From the NCBI GenBank assembly GCA_964401185.1, contig CAYNXQ010000001.1, positions 1 through 28,819 on the forward strand: a stretch of DNA of 28,819 bases, given 5' to 3'. The notes under the pieces are model-generated. The model had not been told where the DNA came from. It did not search any database and saw only the letters and a program-made list of their open reading frames with translations. This DNA comes from an uncultured Gammaproteobacteria bacterium (GTDB taxonomy: Bacteria; Patescibacteriota; Patescibacteriia; Magasanikbacterales; UBA922). The number at the start of each line of letters is the position of its first letter. Position 1 is the stretch's first letter. A program made the translations under genes and the position numbers. Shown in pieces: positions 6,161-13,615 of this stretch.

Positions 6161-7672
6161 ATGACGACGGAACGGAAGTGCGTGATTTACAGGAGCTCCT
6201 CGGTGGGGCTCATCTCTACAAGCTACCGGATTCGCGGAATCGAATCCGGTTGGATCCTGATCGAGGGGGACAAAGACCTCCCCGAAGATGGGAAGAAGGT
6301 CGTGTTCCTCGTCTCCGCAGATCCGAAGGATTTGCGGATCGAGGCCACGGTTTGCTCTCTGGGGAGAGAGGATCTGGTCGCGCTGGAAGTGTCGACCAAC
6401 CTCGATCCTCGGGATTGGGCTTGGCTCGATAGCCTGTCCGAGGATCTGATCAAAATCAAGATCCAAAATCCGGTGCCAGCGATGACGCCTACCCAAGAGC
6501 CAGATGTGGAGAGGCGAACCGAACCGTCCACGAGGACGTGCGATGTGAAGACGCCGGCCGAGGCGCTGGCACAGCCGGCAGCCACACCGACGCCCGAGAT
6601 CATTGCAATTCGCAATGAGACTCTTCCTGGGTTTGACCCGGTCGAAGGCAGCAGCAAGTCGCTGCAGCCACCTGCCTGCGCAGTCAGGCCGCCGATGCCC
6701 AAGAAGACTCCACCTCCGCGGCAGCAAGCTGGACTTTTCCGTATGGCTGGTCCGAAACGAACGGACGCGCCAAATACGGATGTGATCCCAGGCCGAGAAA
6801 ATCGGCCGAAAGGAGATCGAACAATGCTGACGGGAAATAGCGGTGATCGTTCACCGCAACCGATTGTTCTGCCGATTCTCGGCGGACCGGCGGAGAACGC
6901 TCCGCCGCCCAATGTGAGTCGTGGAAACGGACCTCCCAGGGATCCGCCGAAGGGTGGATCAGGTCGGCCGCCGCCGCCCAAGCCGCCGAAGAAAAGGAGC
7001 TGGGCGTGGCTGGGCTACGTGCTCGCTGCGCTCTTGCTGATCTTCCTCGGAATCTGGGGGGTCAGTGGGATCTCCAACTGGTGGAACGCCGGCGACATCG
7101 GCGCGAAGCCGGTGAAGGTGCATCGGATCACGCTCGACCTCCACGAGGACATGAATTTGTCCTCGTCCGAGGTGGCGCGGCTCGCGCGAGAGAACGATCA
7201 GATCGTGATCTCATGCGGGATCATCCGAACCACGAGCACTGCGAGTGTCGCTCGGATTCATCCGAACGAGGTCAAGGTGATCCGTGGATCTTTGGCCGAG
7301 ACGTGTCTGCGGTCGAGCGAGCACGGTGGGTGCCAGATCAGCTGCGAGCTGCCCGCCGAGCCTCCACCGAAGCCGGTGAAGGTCGTGACGAAGCGGGGGA
7401 TCTCGAAGCCGAGGTCCGCACCGCCCAAGCCGCCGGCACCGGTCGCCAAGACCGGACCGAAGCCCGAGCCGGTGATGCCACCGGTGGGATTCATCAAGTC
7501 GGACCTCACGGAGTGGGGCGACTGCGACGGCGGACGGCTGAAAGCGCACGATCTGGCGGCATGTTGCCGCAAGGAATTCGCGGCACAACCTGTCGGAACC
7601 CTCGACGAGTACAAGGAGGCCTGGGGATCGTACAAGACCTGTATGTCCCAGGTCCACGGAGGTGGAGAATGA
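6161..7672 (+). CDS. bitopic membrane protein: ~100-aa N-terminal domain (possibly PilZ-like), Pro-rich linker, TM, Cys-containing external part (503 aa)
   Basis: GGAGG SD 5 nt before ATG 6161; TM WAWLGYVLAALLLIFLGIWGV; two Pro/Lys-rich linkers; ATGA overlap with the next gene. Confidence 0.8.
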   Translation: MTTERKCVIYRSSSVGLISTSYRIRGIESGWILIEGDKDLPEDGKKVVFLVSADPKDLRIEATVCSLGREDLVALEVSTNLDPRDWAWLDSLSEDLIKIKIQNPVPAMTPTQEPDVERRTEPSTRTCDVKTPAEALAQPAATPTPEIIAIRNETLPGFDPVEGSSKSLQPPACAVRPPMPKKTPPPRQQAGLFRMAGPKRTDAPNTDVIPGRENRPKGDRTMLTGNSGDRSPQPIVLPILGGPAENAPPPNVSRGNGPPRDPPKGGSGRPPPPKPPKKRSWAWLGYVLAALLLIFLGIWGVSGISNWWNAGDIGAKPVKVHRITLDLHEDMNLSSSEVARLARENDQIVISCGIIRTTSTASVARIHPNEVKVIRGSLAETCLRSSEHGGCQISCELPAEPPPKPVKVVTKRGISKPRSAPPKPPAPVAKTGPKPEPVMPPVGFIKSDLTEWGDCDGGRLKAHDLAACCRKEFAAQPVGTLDEYKEAWGSYKTCMSQVHGGGE

Positions 7673-8427
7673 AACGTCTTACCTTTTTCCTGTTGGTCCT
7701 GGCCATCATCGGATTCGTCCGAATGGCCCGGGCCGATGATTCTCGCGACGTGGTCGCCTGTGTCGACTTCTTCTCGAAGAAGGCCGACAGTAAGGCGCTC
7801 ACCGCGCGGGATATCAAGCCCGCGATCGGATGTCTCCAGCGTGTGAGCCGAGAGACCTATCTCGGCATGCAGCACGCGATCGACAAACTGATCGCCATCC
7901 TCGGCAATTACGCCGAGAAGGGTGATCTGTCCCGGCTGGATGACAAACTTCGGACCCTCCAAAAGGAGGTGGAGGATCTGAAACAAGAGAAGTCTGGTCC
8001 GCGGGTCGGAGTCGCAGCTGGCGGCTTGGGGGTGATGAACCTCCATGAGGGTCTGTACCTGTTCCTCGAGGGAACACTCCAACTTCATGTTGGGGATTGG
8101 CTCCTCGAGGGTGGAGGACTCATCGGCGAATCGCCGGTCATTCCTGGTGAGTACAGCTACGGCGGCACTGGCGGACTTCTGTATCACCTCAGTGGTGAGA
8201 ATCCGTCGTGGTCGCTCGGGCTGTCCGGTCTCTACGTGAACAACGTGGGGACCGATGCGCCAGGATCCGCTGCCGAGATCTGGGGAGTTGGGCCAACCCT
8301 CCGCATGGAGATTGGGAAGGTGTCCTACATGAACACGTTCCTGCTCTATGGGCCTTCTCGCGACCTGTTTCACCGCCAGTCGGCAGGATCGCTGACGACG
8401 GGCCTCAGCCTGGGACTGTTCTTTTGA
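7669..8427 (+). CDS. secreted protein: helical/coiled-coil N-domain plus predicted 8-stranded beta-barrel ending in Phe (252 aa)
   Basis: Signal peptide MKRLTFFLLVLAIIGFVRMARA, coiled coil LSRLDDKLRTLQKEVEDLKQE, eight Gly/aromatic-rich amphipathic segments, C-terminus TTGLSLGLFF. SD GGAGG. Confidence 0.8.
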   Translation: MKRLTFFLLVLAIIGFVRMARADDSRDVVACVDFFSKKADSKALTARDIKPAIGCLQRVSRETYLGMQHAIDKLIAILGNYAEKGDLSRLDDKLRTLQKEVEDLKQEKSGPRVGVAAGGLGVMNLHEGLYLFLEGTLQLHVGDWLLEGGGLIGESPVIPGEYSYGGTGGLLYHLSGENPSWSLGLSGLYVNNVGTDAPGSAAEIWGVGPTLRMEIGKVSYMNTFLLYGPSRDLFHRQSAGSLTTGLSLGLFF

Positions 8428-8432
8428 TGATT

Positions 8433-8469
8433 GCGGTACGGGGATTCAAGGATTGAATCCCCGTACCGC
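8433..8469. repeat. perfect 17-bp inverted repeat
   Basis: GCGGTACGGGGATTCAA-GGA-TTGAATCCCCGTACCGC; no immediate U-tract on either strand. Confidence 0.85.
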
Positions 8470-8635
8470 ACCTATTTTCAGTTCAGAATCCACACGAAAG
8501 AAATTTCGATTGGATGTTCTGGATTGAAATCGGTTCTTTCAATCAAACAACTGCTGCGTCCAAGGGGATGCACAACCATCTCATCCGCCTTCGTCCGACT
8601 CGGTCGAGACTACGGCGTGATGATAGGAGAAAACG

Positions 8636-9994
8636 ATGAACAAGATTCTCGTGACCGCCATGATGGCGGCGATGACTCTGTCTCTGGTCGCGTGCGACTG
8701 GGGCAAAGTCGCGGAGCCGACGGCTCCGACCGCTGACAGCGGTGTCGCGACCGATGCCGCGTCCCCCGACGCCACGGACTGTGCGGGTCAGCAAGGCTGT
8801 GCTTGCTTCGGCAACTTCAGCTGCTACTCGCCATTCACGTGCGTCGGCGGCACGTGTAAAGAGCCATGCGACGGCAATCCGGGAGATATCCACTGTGGGT
8901 GTCTCACGGCCGGAACCACGCTCTGCAACGGCGGTCTCGTCTGCACGGCCGGGTCTTGCGAAGATCCGACCACGGTGGACGCTGGCATCGACAGCGGCGT
9001 GGCGGATTCGGGCATTGCCGTCGATTCTGGAATCGTGGATTCCGGCATCGCTGATACCGGAGTGACCGATTCGGGCGTCGCGGATTCTGGAGTCGCAGAC
9101 TCTGGTGTCGACAGCGGCGTTGGCGGCGGTTGCAACCCGGGAGACATCCACTGCGGGTGTCTCACTTCTGGAGCCGTACTCTGCCATGCAGGGCTTTCCT
9201 GCTCGAATGGCAGGTGCGAGGATCCGGGCACGCTGGACGCAGGCATTGATGCTGGGGTCGCAGACTCTGGCGTTGATACTGGGGTGGCGGATTCCGGAGT
9301 CGTTGACTCCGGGTTCATCGACAGTGGGACCGCTGACTCTGGTGTGGTGGTGGACTCGGGAGTCGTCGTCGATTCGGGTGTCGTGGATGCAGGCTTTGTC
9401 GATACCGGGGTCGTGGACTCTGGTGCCGACAGCGGCGTTGACGGCGGCTCGAACTGTCACGGCAACCTGGGAGACATCCACTGCGGGTGTCTCACATCTG
9501 GAGTCGTGCTCTGCAACGGCGGTCTCGTCTGCACGGCCGGGTCTTGCGAAGATCCGACCACGGATGCTGGCGTCGTCGTCGATTCGGGTGTCGTGGATGC
9601 AGGCTTCGTTGATACCGGGGTCGTGGACTCTGGGATCGGCACGGCGTGCAACGTCCAGAACGGACAGCGGATTCCTGGAGACGAAGGGTTCTTCTGCTTC
9701 CAGGGGAATCGCTACGAGTGCGATGACTCGTGGGGAGAGACGTCCGGTGGACAGCCGGGTAGCCGAATCGGGTCCAACCCGCGTCCGGATGGGAAATGTG
9801 ACGCGTACGACTACGACGGAGATTGCTACTGCGCAAGCGGTAGCTGCGTCGGGTCGAGCAACCCAGCCTGTACAGTTCTTCATGATGGAGACTGTGACGA
9901 GAGTTCGGCGGGCAACCACCCGGGTGCCCCCGACTGGCCGGGAGACAACTACGACAACGGGTGCATGTCCACCAGCACCAGCCAGTTCACTTAG
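8636..9994 (+). CDS. Cys-rich lipoprotein with repeated 6-Cys modules and D-[SAT]-G spacer repeats (452 aa)
   Basis: Lipobox LSLVA|C, SD AGGAG, three GDIHCGCLT..G..LC..GL.C..G.CEDP modules plus a related first module, 30 D-[SAT]-G tripeptides. Confidence 0.88.
   Translation: MNKILVTAMMAAMTLSLVACDWGKVAEPTAPTADSGVATDAASPDATDCAGQQGCACFGNFSCYSPFTCVGGTCKEPCDGNPGDIHCGCLTAGTTLCNGGLVCTAGSCEDPTTVDAGIDSGVADSGIAVDSGIVDSGIADTGVTDSGVADSGVADSGVDSGVGGGCNPGDIHCGCLTSGAVLCHAGLSCSNGRCEDPGTLDAGIDAGVADSGVDTGVADSGVVDSGFIDSGTADSGVVVDSGVVVDSGVVDAGFVDTGVVDSGADSGVDGGSNCHGNLGDIHCGCLTSGVVLCNGGLVCTAGSCEDPTTDAGVVVDSGVVDAGFVDTGVVDSGIGTACNVQNGQRIPGDEGFFCFQGNRYECDDSWGETSGGQPGSRIGSNPRPDGKCDAYDYDGDCYCASGSCVGSSNPACTVLHDGDCDESSAGNHPGAPDWPGDNYDNGCMSTSTSQFT
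8920..9633 (+). repeat. intragenic direct repeats in the lipoprotein gene
   Basis: 56-nt identical copies at 8920-8975 and 9508-9563; 62-nt copies with 2 synonymous differences at 9362-9423 and 9572-9633. Confidence 0.9.
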
Positions 9995-10244
9995 ACCGCA
10001 CCCACCTCGGTGCACGCGGTCGTCCCGACTCAGTCGGGATAAAGCACCAGCCCAGTATCACTTTTTTCAAAAGTGGTTCTGGGCATCTCATTCAGCTAAG
10101 AATTTCTTGTCTTGCCAAAGCCTTGGCGACGGCAGATTCTTGGTTGATAGGATAAAAAAGTTCTTTCAAATCGTTCTCGCATCCGAGGCCTCTGGTCTCA
10201 TGGAAAGGCACAATGGTGTGCCCAATAGATGCACAGGAGGAAAT

Positions 10245-11042
10245 GTGCACAACAACAAGTGGGTGGCGACCATCGCCAACCTGGCCATGAGGTTTTTCAT
10301 GGCAGTCTTCCCCATCGTCGCAGGCCTGGTGGCTTGCGGCGGCGGGCTCGAGGCTGTGGGCTCCGTCAACGGAGCGTGCTACGGCAACGGCACCTGCGAC
10401 ATGGGTCTGGTCTGCGCGCCGACGACCAGAATCTGCGTCGCGACCGATGGCGGGACCGGCAACGGTCCTGACAGCGGCGCGCCGATCGTCTGTGACAACC
10501 AGCACGCCGGTGCTGGTTGCCCCTGCTATGGCAACGGCTCGTGCGACATGGGAGCCGCGTGCAACGCGACGACCAAGAAGTGCGAGACGCCGGACAGCGG
10601 CGTGGTGGTCACCGACAGTGGCACCACGATCGTCGACACCGACGCCGGAGTGGCGAGCACCGACGGTGGTGTCACGACCTATGCCGACGCATCCAGCCCG
10701 ACCCCGGTGCCGAATTCGTGCACCAATGCGATGGGTGGCGCCGGGTTCAAGAATGTGAACTCGGGATCGCTCGACCTCCTGGTCGGGAAGACCTGGCTCG
10801 GCGGGTCCAACGAGACCGACTACTGGGGCTTCGGCTCCGGTCAGTCGATCGTCGACTGCGGCGCGACCGGCTTCTACATGCGGTCGGAGGGCTGGAACGC
10901 CTGGATCGCCAGGAGTCAGTCGGACCGCATCTCGTGGTGCCAGGCCAACATCTCTTGTCGTGATCGCGATGGTGTGTGGTACACGCCGCAGCATCTGACG
11001 GGGGATGGCCTCAACTGCGAATGCAGCTGGGATCGTCAGTAG
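10245..11042 (+). CDS. second Cys-rich lipoprotein (about 265 aa; alternative start ATG 10287)
   Basis: AGGAGG SD before GTG 10245; lipobox GLVA|C; two CYGNG(T/S)CDMG..C modules; DSG/DAG linker; Trp/Cys-rich C-domain. Confidence 0.82.
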   Translation: MHNNKWVATIANLAMRFFMAVFPIVAGLVACGGGLEAVGSVNGACYGNGTCDMGLVCAPTTRICVATDGGTGNGPDSGAPIVCDNQHAGAGCPCYGNGSCDMGAACNATTKKCETPDSGVVVTDSGTTIVDTDAGVASTDGGVTTYADASSPTPVPNSCTNAMGGAGFKNVNSGSLDLLVGKTWLGGSNETDYWGFGSGQSIVDCGATGFYMRSEGWNAWIARSQSDRISWCQANISCRDRDGVWYTPQHLTGDGLNCECSWDRQ

Positions 11043-11051
11043 TCAATTCAT

Positions 11052-11088
11052 GACCCTTCAAAGCGAAAGCTTTGGAGGGTCTCTTTTT
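11052..11088 (+). terminator. intrinsic terminator closing the GC-rich block
   Basis: GACCCTTCAAAGC-GAAA-GCTTTGGAGGGTC followed by TCTTTTT. Confidence 0.8.
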
Positions 11089-12470
11089 ATTTGCGTGAGC
11101 GCGGCCCCCCAATACGCCCAGGTGAACCAAATCACTGGCGTATGATGAAGCATGTTGTCGGAAGCGCTCATAATCACAAAGATGATGACCCAGGAAAAAA
11201 GATACAGTGATTGCGGCGCTCGCCAACTTTTTTTCTTTTGTGGATGATAAAATGTTTTTGCCAGTTGCCAAAACAAGACCAGATATGCCAAAAGTCCGAA
11301 GACGCCAGTTTCTTCTGCCAGTCGCAAATAATCATCGTGCGATTCGGCGCTGTCATCCCACTGATGATCGGTACTGCGATTGGCTTCCCAGACGATCGGG
11401 AAGGTGCCATAACCATATCCCTGGATCGGTCGAGCGCGAATGATCGGAATATTTTCCTGCACCAGCGACCAGCGCCAGGCCAGCGAATCGGCATCTTCGT
11501 TGCGGGTGGTCAATCGTCCAATGAGTGGGATATCGCTCAAACTTACGTTGGCCGTAGCAATCAAGAAATTGTTGAAGGGGCCCAAAATCAGGTAGCCAGC
11601 GATTCCAGTGATAGCCAGGATGTAGAGCAGGCGACGATACTTCCAGATACCAAGAAAAATCAGGAATACGCCAAGGCCAATAAAGGCTGCCCGCGTGTAG
11701 GTGAGCGCCAGCAGTACGAGCAATGTTCCTGACAGCCAGTCTTTGGCCTGCGGATACCTTTTCCAAAAAGCAATTGGTTGGAGATAGGCGATCTCGGCAT
11801 GGATCAAGATGAGCGAGAGAACAAAAAAAGCAAAAACATTGGGATGAGCAAAGGTGCCATAGATGCGGCCGTTGATGCCAAAGGTGGAGAGTCCCTGAGC
11901 AAAGAAAATCTGCTTTACGCCCGCAAGCAGTGGAATCACAGCTGAGGCAAAAATAACCGCCGTGAGTTCGAGCAGAGTAAACTTTTTTTCCTGGACAAAA
12001 ATATACGACAAGAAAAAGAGCGCCTCGAGATTGGCAAATTTGATCAGTTCGATCGCGGTAGTGGTGGCCGAGACACTGCCAAACACACTCATGAGGAAGA
12101 TAAATGTGGTGGCCGGAAAAATATACCGCAGCGGGATGGTCTTCAGTTTGTGACGGTAGACAGACAACCAGATCAGACTCCAGACAAGTAGAGCGATTGC
12201 CATCACCGCGTTGCCATTGACACTCAAGTTCTGATAGGTAAAGATGATGGTGTCGCGGAAGTAATCCAGTGTTGGTCGCACCAAGAGGAAGACCAAGAGC
12301 AGTCGTTCCTGAAGCAAGATGTGCCCTACAATCAGCATGGCCACCGATAATATGATCGCATCCACACTGCTCCAGGGACTGGCGACGATGCCGATGGTTG
12401 CGAGGATCAGTGTCCAGGCAATCACCTGATATTGCGCTTGGGTGAGTTTGATTCGGATTGCGTTTTTCAT
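11058..12470 (-). CDS. O-antigen ligase/polymerase family (Wzy_C) membrane protein (470 aa)
   Basis: Multi-TM; RIYGTFAHPNVFA, LTYTRAAFIG, RPIQGYGYGTF, SHDDYLRLAEETGVFGL motifs. Confidence 0.88.
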   Translation of the reverse strand: MKNAIRIKLTQAQYQVIAWTLILATIGIVASPWSSVDAIILSVAMLIVGHILLQERLLLVFLLVRPTLDYFRDTIIFTYQNLSVNGNAVMAIALLVWSLIWLSVYRHKLKTIPLRYIFPATTFIFLMSVFGSVSATTTAIELIKFANLEALFFLSYIFVQEKKFTLLELTAVIFASAVIPLLAGVKQIFFAQGLSTFGINGRIYGTFAHPNVFAFFVLSLILIHAEIAYLQPIAFWKRYPQAKDWLSGTLLVLLALTYTRAAFIGLGVFLIFLGIWKYRRLLYILAITGIAGYLILGPFNNFLIATANVSLSDIPLIGRLTTRNEDADSLAWRWSLVQENIPIIRARPIQGYGYGTFPIVWEANRSTDHQWDDSAESHDDYLRLAEETGVFGLLAYLVLFWQLAKTFYHPQKKKSWRAPQSLYLFSWVIIFVIMSASDNMLHHTPVIWFTWAYWGAALTQIKRDPPKLSL

Positions 12471-12516
12471 GAAGACAAGCTACGATATACACACGAATGA
12501 CCCCATTTTCTTCTGT

Positions 12517-12545
12517 AGTGTAGCAATTTTTTCTGCCTCTGTCGA
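12517..12545 (-). promoter_or_regulatory. likely sigma70 promoter for the Wzy_C gene
   Basis: Minus strand TCGACA (12545-12540)-N17-TACACT (12522-12517) with TGn. Confidence 0.5.
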
Positions 12546-12550
12546 CAGCT

Positions 12551-13615
12551 ATGAGAAAAAAGATTTTGTTTCTTTTGCCGCGGTTTACGACCGGCGGCGC
12601 CGAAAAATTGGTTCTGGAATATTGTCGTCGCTTGCCGAAAGGTCAGTTTGAAATTGCTGTGGCCAGCAGTCGCGGCGGAGGAGAGCTTACTGCCGATTTC
12701 CAGTCGCTTGGGATTCCTGTGATAGTAGGGGACCCTGGGCATTTTTTTGGCACAGTGAAAAAGATAAAAAAATTTGTAGGGGATTGGTCTCCTGATATTG
12801 TCCATACGCATATTTTTAGCGCGGATGTCGTGGGCTATTTCCTAAAGACTTCACACAAAAAAATCGTCTGGATCAGTACTGCCCACAATGTGGAGACAGA
12901 AGCATCATTCTTTCGCAAATGGGTCTGGCGGTATGTTCTTGGATCAGTTGACCGAGTGATTGCTGTGTCGGGAGCTGTCGCAAAATTTTATCTCTCCGAT
13001 TTTCATATTCCAAAAGAAAAATTGATCTTGTTGCCCAATGCCATTGATCCTGCGCCTTACCTCACTGTGCCTGCGCCATCTGCCAAGGCGCCGATCCAGC
13101 TGGCTACGATTGGTCGATTGACGCATCAGAAGGGGCAGGATGTATTGCTGCAGGCGCTTGCTCGCATTCCGGTTCCTTGGCAATTGCATATTTTTGGCGA
13201 AGGAGAAGAAAAAAATACACTGGAAGATTTGTCCAAAAGATTGGGGATTGGCGATCGGATTGTCTGGCATGGAGTCGCGGCTGATATGCCAAAGGCATTG
13301 GCTAGTATTGATGTCGTTGTCCAACCATCACGCTACGAGGGAATGAGTCTGGTTACTCTAGAAGCTATGGCAGCTGGGCGGGCGATTGTGGCTACGCCAC
13401 CGGCAGCGGGAGAATATTTGTACGATCATGAAAGTAGTTTGATTGTGGCGATTGACGATGTGCGTGGCTTGTCGCAGGCAATCGAGCAATTAATTCAGAA
13501 TCATCCGCTTATTCTAAAATTGGGCGCAGCTGCGCAACAAAAAATCCGCACCGTGGCGGATCTTTCGTCTCATATCGAGCGCCTAAAGCGCATTTATGAG
13601 GATGCGATTGTTTAA
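12551..13615 (+). CDS. glycosyltransferase family 4 (GT-B)
   Basis: GGAEKLV, PDIVHTH, PNAID, GRLTHQKG, PSRYEGMSLVTLEAMAAG. Confidence 0.93.
   Translation: MRKKILFLLPRFTTGGAEKLVLEYCRRLPKGQFEIAVASSRGGGELTADFQSLGIPVIVGDPGHFFGTVKKIKKFVGDWSPDIVHTHIFSADVVGYFLKTSHKKIVWISTAHNVETEASFFRKWVWRYVLGSVDRVIAVSGAVAKFYLSDFHIPKEKLILLPNAIDPAPYLTVPAPSAKAPIQLATIGRLTHQKGQDVLLQALARIPVPWQLHIFGEGEEKNTLEDLSKRLGIGDRIVWHGVAADMPKALASIDVVVQPSRYEGMSLVTLEAMAAGRAIVATPPAAGEYLYDHESSLIVAIDDVRGLSQAIEQLIQNHPLILKLGAAAQQKIRTVADLSSHIERLKRIYEDAIV

Noticed and set aside
8571-8597. ECF-like promoter CACAAC-N15-CGTC before lipoprotein 1
   Set aside because: The -35 is a poor match and the spacer is one base short relative to the 15643 motif; chance is likely.
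8960-9640. CRISPR-like or tandem DNA repeats
   Set aside because: The repeats are in-frame, degenerate at third codon positions, lack unique spacers and have no cas genes; they are protein repeats.
8543-10015. 490-aa minus-strand ORF and the 645-aa plus ORF from 9105, plus other long overlapping ORFs in 6029-11042
   Set aside because: Shadow frames expected from high GC and repeat periodicity. Only the last ~265 aa of 9105..11042 (lipobox, SD) are real.
10243-10290. 15-aa uORF (MCTTTSGWRPSPTWP) whose stop overlaps ATG 10287
   Set aside because: Only 2 nt from the SD; the in-frame GTG at 10245 explains the SD more simply.
5951-11060. Transposon or integrative-element boundaries for the GC-rich block
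   Set aside because: No terminal inverted repeats, target-site duplication, tRNA target or recombinase seen by eye, so it is not called a mobile element.
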